Part shown: positions 53,001 to 64,000 of the stretch, in pieces | Layout of the letters: each line of letters begins with the position of its first letter | Numbering within the stretch: position 1 is the first letter of the stretch | Source: Anaeramoeba ignava BMAN | Lineage: Eukaryota; Protista; Anaeramoebae | Length of the DNA: 64,000 nt | Assembly: GCA_028826165.1 (NCBI GenBank) | Contig: JAPDFW010000125.1 | Location: forward strand, 248,001 to 312,000 | Reading direction: 5' to 3' | Made by a program: the position numbers and the translations under genes | Notes under the pieces: model-generated | Database searches by the model: none | The model's input: only the letters and a program-made list of their open reading frames with translations | Told to the model about the DNA's origin: nothing

Positions 53001-53967
53001 AAAACGGAACAAAAACGCAGCAGCAAATGGAGCAGTTATGAGAACATCAATTTTGGGAGTTTTTAATTTTGAAGAAATAGAAAAAGTAGTTGAAAATACA
53101 ATTAAAATTTGCAAAGTAACGCATGTTGATCCGCGATGCATTGCAAGTTCAGTTTGTGTAACAACCGCAATTGCATTTATGCTTCAAGGAGAAGAAGATT
53201 TGCAAAAAATTATTTTTAACTCTTCAAAAATTGCAAGACATTTTCTTGATTTAAAAACTCATTTACAAGAGTTTGATTTTTATATGAATGCTCCTTCTTG
53301 GAAATCTCTTGCTCTTGATGAAAGAAAATCTATTGGTTACACTTATAAAGCTTTAGGTTCTGGTTTTTTTGGTTTAAGGAATATTAATTCTCCTCAAGAA
53401 TTTAAACAAATTTTAACTGAACTAACTTTTGAATCTGGTAAATTTTAATTAATTATTTAATTATTTTTAATTTATTTTTAATTATTTAATTTTAATTATT
53501 TTAATTTTGTTCCACTTTTTTTAAATTATTTAATTTTAATTATTTAATTTTGTTCCACTTTTTTTATTTTATTTAATTTTTTGATTTAATTTATTTTTTG
53601 ATTTTATTTCAATTATTTAATTTTGTTCCACTTTTTTTATTTTATTTAATTTTAATTATTTAATTTATTTTTTGATTTTATTTTGATTATTTAATTTTGT
53701 TCCACTTTTTTTAATTTATTTATTATTTTATTTGTTTAATTAGGTGATAGCGATACAAAGTATTTCTTTATAAATTTTCTTTTCGAATTAAATCAAAAAA
53801 ATTTTTTTTTCTTATTTTTTTTGTCTTTTTTTAGTGGAGCTGTACTTGGTGCTCTTTTAGGTTGTTGGATTGGTTTTTCAAATTTACCAAAAGATTGGGT
53901 TCAAATGCCTCATCTAGATTGGCTTGAAGAACAAATTGATTCTCTTTTCAAATTTCTCAAAATTTAA
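50086..53967 (+). CDS. LRR plus ADP-ribosylglycohydrolase (ARH/DraG family) fusion protein, ~930 aa
   Basis: Exons 50086-50430, 50820-51173, 51265-52672, 52901-53437, 53744-53759 and 53835-53967 are all in frame and GT-AG. LxxLxLxxN repeats are followed by GNCIGDAIG, WTDDSDQ, NGAVMR, THVDPRC and GDSDTNGAVLGALLG. Confidence 0.92.
51830..52315 (+). repeat. coding (CAAAAT/GAAAAT)n repeat: QN/EN linker between the LRR and ARH domains
   Basis: Translation of ORF 51355..52710. Confidence 0.93.
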
Positions 53968-53974
53968 AAAAAAA

Positions 53975-54020
53975 ATTTTTTTCATTTTTTTCATTTTTTT
54001 CATTTTTCATTTTTTTTTAA
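53975..54020 (+). promoter_or_regulatory. tandem TCA(T)n initiator-like element upstream of the importin-alpha ATG (representative copy)
   Basis: TTTTTCATTTTTTTCATTTTTTTCATTTTTCATTT fills the 53-bp intergenic gap, and the same motif precedes most start codons in the window. Confidence 0.55.
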
Positions 54021-57000
54021 ATGTCGAATTTTAATAAAATAATCTCAAACAGAAAATCAAAATTTAAACAAAAAGTTAATATTCAAGAAAAGAAAAAAAA
54101 ACGGTTTCAAATTTCAGTTAAATTAAGTCAAAAAAAAAGAGAAAAAGAAATGATGAAAAGAAGAAATTTATTAGATAAAACAAATTTTGAAGCACAACTT
54201 CCCAAAGAAAGAAAAACTGTAAATTCAAAATTAATCATTTATTTGAACTTGAAATCTTTCCAAAACTAATATTTGTTATGGAAAACCAATTATTATAATA
54301 TTTAATTAAGTTTCCACAAGTTGTTTTATCAATTCAAGTTTCTGAAAATAAAGAAGATATTCTTGAAAATTTAATGCAACTTCGTGTTATTACTGCTGAA
54401 CAATCTGAAACAATTTTAACAATAGCAGATTCTGGGATTGTTCCTTTAATTATTTCTTTATTAAGTCATCCAGATCCACAAATTCAAGTTGATATTTAAA
54501 TAATCTAATAATTATAAATATTTATTTTGAATTTGATTTAATAATTATAAATATTTATTTTGAATTAAATTTTATATTTATAAATATTTATTTTGATTAA
54601 ATTTAATAATTATAAATATTTATTTTGAATTTAATTTAATAATTATAAATATTTATTTTGAATTTAATTTAATAATTATAAATATTTATTTTGAATTTAA
54701 TTTAATAATTATAAATATTTATTTTGAATTTAATTTAATAATTATAAATATTTATTTTGAATTTAATTTAATAATTATAAATATTTATTTTGAATTAAAT
54801 TTAATAATTATAAATATTTATTTTGAATTAAATTTAATAATTATAAATATTTATTTTTGATTAAATTTAATATTTATAAATATTTATTTTTGAATTTAAT
54901 TTAATATTTATAAATATTTATTTTTGGATTAAATTTAATATTTATAAATATTTATTTTTGAATTAAATTTAATAATTATAAATATTTATTTTTGGAATTA
55001 AATTTAATAATTATAAATATTTATTTTGAATTAAATTTAATAATTATAAATATTTATTTTTGAATTAAATTTTATATTTATAAATATTTATTTTGGATTT
55101 TAATTTAATATTTATAAATATTTATTTTGAATTAAATTTAATATTTATAAATATTTATTTTAAATTGATTTAATAATTATAAATATTTATTTTTGAATTT
55201 AATTTAATATTTATAAATATTTATTTTGGATTTGATTTAATAATTATAAATATTTATTTTGAATTTAATTTAATAATTTATAAATGTTTATTTTGGATTT
55301 GATTTAATAATTATAAATATTTATTTTGGATTAAATTTAATAATTATAAATATTTATTTTGAATTTGATTTAATAATTATAAATATTTATTTTAAATTGA
55401 TTTAATAATTATAAATATTTATTTTTGAATTAAATTTAATATTTATAAATATTTATTTTGGATTTGATTTAATAATTATAAATATTTATTTTGAATTTAA
55501 TTTAATAATTATAAATATTTATTTTGAATTAAATTTTATATTTATAAATATTTATTTTGAATTTAATTTTATAATTATAAATATTTATTTTGAATTAAAT
55601 TTAATAATTATAAATATTTATTTTGAATTTGATTTAATAATTATAAATATTTATTTTAAATTGATTTAATATTTATAAATATTTATTTTGAATTTAATTT
55701 TAATAATTATAAATATTTATTTTGAATTTAATTTAATATTTATAAATATTTATTTTGAATTTAATTTAATATTTATAAATATTTATTTTGAATTAAATTA
55801 AATAATTATAAATATTTATTTTGAATTAAATTTAATATTTATAAATATTTATTTTGAATTTGATTTAATATTTATAAATATTTATTTTGGATTTAATTTA
55901 ATAATTATAAATATTTATTTTGAATTAAATTTAATAATTATAAATATTTATTTTTGAATTTAATTTAATATTTATAAATATTTATTTTTGAATTTAATTT
56001 TATAATTATAAATATTTATTTTGAATTTGATTTAATATTTATAAATATTTATTTTGGATTTAATTTAATAATTATAAATATTTATTTTGATTTAAATTTA
56101 ATATTTATAAATATTTATTTTGGATTAAATTTAATATTTATAAATATTTATTTTGAATTTAATTTAATATTTATAAATATTTATTTTGAATTAAATTTAA
56201 TAATTATAAATATTTATTTTGAATTAAATTAAATAATTATAAATATTTATTTTGAATTAAATTAAATAATTATAAATATTTATTTTGAATTAAATTAAAT
56301 AATTATAAATATTTATTTTGAATTTAATTTAATATTTATAAATATTTATTTTGAAGTTTGAAGTTGCTTGGATTATAACAAATTTAACAAGTGGAACATT
56401 TCAAGAAACTCAACGAATTGTTGAACTTAATGTTGTTGATTCTTTGATTGATGTTGCTACAAAATCAGATAATTCTCAAGTGAAAGAACAGGTTTGTTTG
56501 TTTTTGTTTTTGATATAAATTAGTTTTACATTTAGATTGATTATTAATTTTAAGAGATGAATTGAATTATTTAGTGTGTTTGGGGATTAGGAAATATTAT
56601 GGCAACATTTATTGATTATAGAGATCTTGTTTTTAAATTAGGTGGATTTGACTTATTATATAAACTTCTTGAAAATGAAAAAGATGAAAAAATATTACGT
56701 AATGTAACTTGGGCGTTATCTCATCTATTTCATGACAAACCAATTCCCAACTATGAAGATGTATCAATTCAATAATATTTAATAATATTTAATAATATTT
56801 AATAATATTTAATAATATTTAATAATATCCAATAATATTCAAATAATATTCAAAAATATTTAATAATATTTAATAATATTTAATAATATTCAAATAATAT
56901 TCAAATAATATTCAATAATATTCAAATAATATTCAATAATATTCAATAATATTTAATAATATTCAATAATATTCAAATAATATTCAATAATATTTAATAA

Positions 57001-59077
57001 TATTTAATAATATTTAATAATATTTAATAATATTCAATAATATTCAATAATATTTAATAATATTTAATAATATTTAATAATATTTAATAATATTTAATAA
57101 TATTCAATAAAAATTTAATAATATTCAAATAATATTCAAATAATATTCAATAATATTCAAAATAATATTCAATAATATTCAATAATATTTAATAATATTC
57201 AATAATATTCAAATAATATTCAATATTTAATAATATTTAATAATATTTAATAATATTTAATAATATATTTAATAATATTTAATAATATTCAATAATATTC
57301 AATAATATTTAATAATATTTAATAATATTCAATAATATTCAAATAATATTTAATAATATTCAAATAATATTTAATAATATTCAATTAATATTCAAATAAT
57401 ATTTAATAATATTCAATAATATTTAATAATATTTAATAATATTTAATAATATTTAATAATATTCAATAATATTCAATTAATATTCAAATAATATTTAATA
57501 ATATTTAATAATATTTAATAATATTCAATAATATTTAATAATATTCAAATAATATTTAATAATATTTAAATAATATTTAATAATATTTAATAATATTCAA
57601 TTAATATTCAAATAATATTCAATTAATATTCAAGTAATATTCAAATAATATTCAATAATATTTAATAATATTCAATAATATTTAATAATATTCAAATAAA
57701 AAATATTTTGTTATTAGATCTTTGTTTGTATTCCAAGATTAATCCAATTATTAGAAATTAAAAATCATTTGATTATACTCGATGCTCTTTCGTGTTTAGC
57801 CTATTTAACAAATGAAAATCCTCAAGGTGTTATTGATATTGTTGAAGCTGGTGCTTGTTTAAAGATTTCTCAATTATTAATGTAAATAAAAGAAATGTTT
57901 TTATCATTAATAAAATTGGAAATATTAAATTGTAAATTTATTGATTGAACATTTTTCAAAAGAGATCATCCTATTAAAATTATCATTTATGCACTTAAAG
58001 TAATTGGAAATATTTCAACAGGTGGAGCAGAGGAAACTCAAGAATTAATAAACTGTGGTGTTATATCTTCATTAAGCTCTTTAATTATTCATCCTAAAGA
58101 AAAAATTCGGTAGATATATTAAATTCAAAATATAAAAATCTAAATCAAAATTAAAATCAAAATTAAAATCAAAATTAAATTCAAAATTAAAATCAAAATT
58201 AAAATCAAAATTAAATTCAAAATATAAAAATCTAAATCAAAATTCAAAATGAAAATCAAAATCAAAATTAAAATCAAAATTAAATTCAAAATTAAAATCA
58301 AAATCAAAATAAAAATCAAAATCAAATCCAAAATCAAAATCAAAATCAAAATCAAAATCAAAATCAAAATCAAAACCAAAATCAAAATCTAAATCAAAAT
58401 CAAAATCAAAATCAAAATCAAAATCAATATCAAAATCAAAATTTAAAAATTTTGTTCCACTTTTTTTTTCTTTCTTAATTATAAGAAAACAAACATGTTG
58501 GATTATATCGAATATAGTAGCAGGAACAGAAAATCAAATACAAGCAATAATTGAAGCAGAAATCATACAACTTATTTTAGGAATGTTTGATACAGAAAAT
58601 TATCCAATTCAAAAAGAGGCAATTTGGGTGATTTCAAATGCATTATGTTTTGGAAATGATGAACAAGTTGATACACTTGTTTCATTTGGTTCTATAAAAT
58701 ATATTTGTAGATTCCTTGATTGTTTTGAAGCTCAAATTATTTTGATTTGTTTAGAATCTATTGCAAAAATTTTAGATGTTGGTTCTAGATTATCTAATCA
58801 ATTGAATCTTGATTTTAATGCTTTTCTTGTTCAAATTGATTCTAATCAAGGATTTGAAAAAATTGAAAAATTACTTCCTCATCCAAATGAAAAAATTCAA
58901 CAACTCACAAAAGAAATTTATCAAATTTATCAAGAAGAAAATGAGAAATATTATAATGAAAATGAAAATAATAATAATAATAATGGAAATGATAATGAAA
59001 ATGAAAATGAAAATGAAAATGAAAATGAAAATGATATTGATAATGAAAACGATATTGATATTTATAAGAATATTTAA
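54021..59077 (+). CDS. KPNA: importin subunit alpha (divergent), ~532 aa
   Basis: Exons 54021-54218, 54311-54487, 56357-56491, 56575-56760, 57718-57881, 57963-58109 and 58486-59077. IBB-like MKRRNL; ARM motifs Q|FEVAWIITNLTSG, EQ|CVWGLGNI, IGNISTG, CWIISNIVAG, QKEAIWVISN. Confidence 0.93.
54500..56356 (+). repeat. intronic ~35-bp satellite (TTTAATAATTATAAATATTTATTTTGAATTTAA)n
   Basis: Fills importin intron 54488-56356. Confidence 0.95.
56765..57700 (+). repeat. intronic 10-bp satellite (AATAATATTY)n
   Basis: Importin intron 56761-57717. Confidence 0.94.
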
Positions 59078-59700
59078 TATAAATTCAATTTAAATAATAT
59101 AAATATTCAATATAAATATTCAATTTAAATATTCAATTTAAATATTCAATTTAAATATTCAATTTAAATATTCAATTTAAATATTCAATATAAATATTAT
59201 AAATATTCAATATAAATATTTAATATAAATATTATTCAATATAAATAATATAAATATTCAATTTAAATATTATAAATATTCAATTTAAATATTTTTAAAT
59301 ATTCAATATAAATATTCAATATAAATATTCAATTTAAATATTCATTTTAAATAATATAAATATTCATTATAAATAATATAAATATTCAATATAAAATAAT
59401 ATAAATAATATAAATAATATAAATATTTAATTTAAAACAATATAAATATTTAATTTAAATAATATAAATATTTAATATAAATATTCAATTTAAAACAATA
59501 TAAATATTCAATATAAATAATATAAATATTCATTTTAAATATAATATAAATATAAATTATAAATAATATAAATATTCAATATAAATAATATAAATAATAT
59601 AAATAATATAAATAATATAAATATTCAATATAAATAATATAAATATTCAATTTAAATAATATAAATATTTAATTTAAATAATATAAATATTTAATTTAAA
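59068..59700 (+). repeat. degenerate (AATATTCAATWTA)n array starting at the importin stop
   Basis: Direct inspection. Confidence 0.88.
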
Positions 59701-61374
59701 TTAAGAATTCTTTTTTTCAATTGATCAGTTATTTTCAAGTTTAAATCAGTAATTATTTTTTTAATCATTTATTTATTATAAAATAGAAACTATTCCATAA
59801 TTACTCATTTTTTTTTAGATCTTTTTCTTTTTCTTTTTCATAAATAAATAGTGTTTAATTTAATTCAATTTAATTCAAAAATCCATTCATCAAATTTTAT
59901 TTTTATTTTTTTATTTTTATTTGTTTTTTGATTGATTTAAAAAATTAAAAGAAAGAAGATCAAAAAAAAAAAACAAAAAAAAACAAAAACTTTACCATCT
60001 TTCTTTTGAGAATAAATTGAATAGAGAAAAGTTTTTAAATGATGGGTTTTCTTTCTTTTTATTTTTAATAAAAAATTGATTACAAAAATTGTTTTTCATT
60101 TTTCTAATTAAATTTTTCATTTATTTTTAATAACACACCCCCATTAATTAAAAAAAAATATTTTTTTTTCTTATTAATTTCTTGAGTAAGTTGAGATTTA
60201 TTGATTATGGTTTGGTTTTTTAGTTTCATTTTATTGAAATTGGAATTGAAAATTAAAAATCAAAATTAAAAATTGCCTGCAAGAATTAAAAAAATAAAAA
60301 AATTAAAAGAAATTTCGATCGATCATTCTTTTTTTATTTTATTTAATTTTATGTTTTATTTATTAATTATTTTTTAAGTTAAAACTTATTTCATCAAAAA
60401 AAATTTAAAATTAAAATATAAATTCAAATTTACTTCATCAAAAAAATTTAAAAAAGTTTTTGTTTTTTTGTTTTGAATAAATCAAAAAAATAATTAAAAA
60501 ATAATAAAAAAGCAAAAAATTGAGAAAAAGGGAAAAAAAAATTTCTTTTAAAGGGATAAGTTTTTTTGATAAAGGAAAGTAAAAGAAAAAGAGAAAAATT
60601 AAATCAAAAAAGATCTTTTTCATTTGCAAATAAAAAAATTACAAAAAAATTTAAATTAAATTTTGATCATTTTAAAAAGAAAATTAACTTAAAAAATAAT
60701 ACAAATTATGATTCAGAATTTAATTCAAAACAATAAAACAAAGAATTCCAAATCAATTCTCTATTTTATTTTTTTAATTCAAAATTTTAATTCAAAAATT
60801 TTAATTTAAGAATTTTAGTTTAAAGTGGTATTTTGAATAGGATTTTTAATTTAAATAAGTTTGTTTTAATTAGATTTCTTTTCTTAAAGTTTATTTGACA
60901 AAATTCAAAATACATTTTCTTTTTTTAATTTATAAAATTTTTTAATTATTTAAATTTTTTTGGATTAAAAATAAATTAAAAAAAAAATAACAAGTGTAAT
61001 TGTGATCTTAAAATACAAAAATTAAAATAAAAAAAAATTAAAAATTAAAATAAATAAGCCAATCATTTGCCCTCAATTAAAAATAATAAAAAAAAAGGAA
61101 AATTTTTTAAAAATCAATTTAAAATCAATTTAAAAATTTATTTTAATATTATTTTTAGCGCTTTATTTTATATTAAATTTTTTTTTTTTTTTTAGATTTT
61201 AAAAGAAAAAAAAATTTAATAAGTGATCATTCATTTTTTTTCTTTCAAAAAATTTTTTTTATTCTTATTTTTTCTTTTTTTTTTCTTTTTCTAAACAAAA
61301 AGTTTTATTAAAATTTTTTTATAGTTATTGTGCTTACTTGACTGATTTACATAAAGTTGTTTCAAAAAAAAAAA

Positions 61375-62259
61375 ATGGAAAAACAATTATCAACAAAAGA
61401 AGAAGTTAAACCAATTAATGAATACCAATTAATTGAAACAATTGGTAAAGGAACTTTTGGTGAAGTTAAACTGGCGCTTCATTCACTTTCAAAATTGACT
61501 GTATTTTTAAAAAAAACACAATTAAAAAAATTAAACAATACAATTTCTTTATTTGGTTTTGAAACAAAAAAAAATATTATTTAAATTACGAACGATAAAT
61601 TTTTTCACCTTATCAATCTAAATGATTTTTTTTTTAATTTATTTTTATTTAAATTCAAATTAAAAATATAATTAAATTTTGATTTAAAATATTTATAAAA
61701 AATTAATTAAAAACTGGACATTCTAAAATTATTATTTAAAATCGAATTTAATTAAAAAAAATTTTTTTTTATTATTTTTTTCTTTTGATCAATATGATGA
61801 TGTAATTACATCTTAATAAAATTTTTTAATTATTTTTATTTAATAAATTTTATAATTAAAATTAATTTATTTAATTTTTGCTTTTTCTTTTTTATTTTCC
61901 TAATTCGAATTTTTTTTGCTTTTTTTTTTGTTATCTTTAATTAATTTATTTTTATTTATTTATTTTAATTTAATTTAATTTAATTTAAAAAATTTTAAAA
62001 AAGGTTGCAATAAAAGTGATCAATAAAACTCAAATACTTGCAAATCCAGAAGCAAAAACGAGATTGTCATTGGAATTAGAAATTCTTAAAAACCTTAATC
62101 ATCCGAATATAATTAAATTGTATGAGTTTTTTGAAACTGATGACTCGATATATATTGTTATGGAATATGCTTCAGGAGGAGAGTTATTTAATTACTTATC
62201 AACTCATGGGAAACTTTCAGAAAAACAAGCTCGTAAATTTTTTCGTCAAATGATTGAAG
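61375..62259 (+). CDS. CAMKL (SNF1/AMPK/MARK-like) Ser/Thr kinase, 5' part
   Basis: Exons 61375-61500 and 62004-62259 give YQLIETIGKGTFGEVKLALH...|VAIKVI...NHPNIIKLYE...VMEYASGGELF...ARKFFRQM. The gene continues beyond an intron that runs off the window. Confidence 0.92.
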
Positions 62260-62359
62260 GTAATTTTAAAATTTTTCTCATTGATCATTTGCAAAATAGT
62301 TTTAAGAACAAAAATAAATTTCTACATAAAGATAAAAAATAATAAACAATACATTTAAT

Positions 62360-64000
62360 TAGATCAAATCAATTCAATATTTAATATTTAATTCAATTCA
62401 AATCAATTCAATTCAATTCAAATCAATTCAATTCAATTCAATATTTAATTCAATTTAATTCAATTCAATTCAAATCAATTCAATTATTTATTAAAATTCA
62501 ATTCAATATCAAATTCAATTCAATATTCAATTTCAATTCAAATTCAATATTCAATATTCAATATTCAATTCAAATTTTATTCAATATTTAATTTCAATTC
62601 AATTATTCAATTTATTTATTCAATTCAATTTTTAATATTCAATATTCAATTCAATTCAATTCAATTCAATTTCAATATTTTTATTCAATATTCAATTCAA
62701 TTCAATATTTCAATTTCAATATTCAATTATTCGATTCCATTATTCAATATTCATTATTCATTCAATATTCAATTCCAATATTCAATTCAATTCATATTCA
62801 ATATTCAATTCCAATTCAATTCAATATTCAATTCCAATTCAATATTCATTCAATTTCAATTATTCAATTCAATATTCAATTATTCTCATTCAATTCCAAT
62901 TCAATTCAATATTAATATTCAATTCAATTTCAATATTCATTCATATTCAATATTCCAAATTCAATCCAATATTCAATATTCAATTCAATCCAATTCAATT
63001 TCAATTCGAATTCCAATTCCCATTCAAATTTCAATTCAATTCAATTTCAATTCAATTCAATTCCATTCTACCTATTCAATATTCCAAATCAAATTTCAAT
63101 TTCAATTCAATTCAATTCAATTTCAATTCCAATTCGATTCAATTCAAATATTCATTCAATTCAATTCAATTCAATATCCAATATTTAATATTCGATCAAT
63201 ATTCATTCAATTAATTTCAATCAATTCAATATTCCATTATTCAATATTCAATATTCAATTCCAATTTCAATTAATATTTCAATATTCAATTCAATTCGAT
63301 TTCAATATTCGTATTCGAATTATATTTAATATTTAATATTAATTTAATATTCAATTCAATTCAATTCAATTCAATTTTAATATTTATTATTTAATATTCC
63401 ATTCCAATTCAATTCAATTCAATTCAATTCCGAGATTTCAATATTCACCAATATTCAATTCGATTCAATTCAATTTCACCAATATTCAATATTCAATATT
63501 CAATTCAATATTCAATATTCAATATTCAATTCAATATTCAATTCAATTCAAAATTCAATTCAATTCAATATCAAATTCAATTCATATTCAATTCATTTCA
63601 ATTATTCAATTCAATATTCAATATTCAATATTTAATATTTTCAATATTCAATTATTCAATTCAATATTCAATTCAATATTCAATATTCAATATTCAATTC
63701 CAATTCAATTCAATTTTAATTTAATATTTCAATTTCAATTTTATTCCAATTCAATTCAATGATTTAATATTCATTTAATTCAATTCGATTCCAAATATTC
63801 CCATTCAATATTCAATTCAATATTCAATATTTAATATTCATTTATTCATTCAATTCAATTTATTCAATATTCAAATTTCAATATTCGTATTCAAATATTC
63901 AATATTCAATTTAATATTCAAATTCAATGCAATTTCATTTATTCAATATTCAATATTCAATATTCAATTCAATTTAATTATTTCAATTCGATTTAATTTT
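62360..64000 (+). repeat. degenerate intronic (AATTC/AATATTC)n array
   Basis: Follows donor GT at 62260 and is noisier than the other arrays. Confidence 0.9.

Noticed and set aside
62360-64000. Telomeric or subtelomeric repeat
   Set aside because: It begins after a GT donor inside an incomplete kinase gene and matches other intronic AATTC arrays; the noisiness may be unpolished sequence.

Overview
Extremely AT-rich, gene-dense eukaryotic (protist) nuclear DNA. It uses the standard genetic code and canonical GT-AG spliceosomal introns, many inflated by intron-specific simple tandem repeats. Composition, intron style and the BTB/Kelch gene types resemble the anaerobic amoeba Anaeramoeba (Metamonada); this assignment is inference only. 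I reconstructed 21 protein-coding genes by hand: alpha-tubulin (3' part), a 2xCH-domain coiled-coil protein, an HExxH protein, a GPI-type FG-GAP propeller, a SAPS-like protein, a BTB fusion, Wee1/Myt1 kinase, an RRM protein, a Nudix hydrolase, a Lys-rich protein, a membrane-tethered bZIP, a TLC-domain protein, RPS23, a Kelch protein, a PSI-domain membrane protein, RPL23A, WASHC4, a Rab11-like GTPase, an LRR/ADP-ribosylglycohydrolase fusion, importin-alpha, and an AMPK/MARK-like kinase (5' part). The protein highlights are a predicted myristoylated LRR/ADP-ribosylhydrolase fusion with a catalytic 16-nt micro-exon, and an ATF6-like bZIP whose site-1-protease motif RAIL forms only after splicing. 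The DNA-level highlights are a systematic A-ending to T-ending codon gradient across exons, strand-polarised intron satellites, arrays seeded from stop-codon or splice-site context, and tandem TCA(T)n initiator-like motifs. No rRNA, tRNA, CRISPR array, intein or transposon was recognised.
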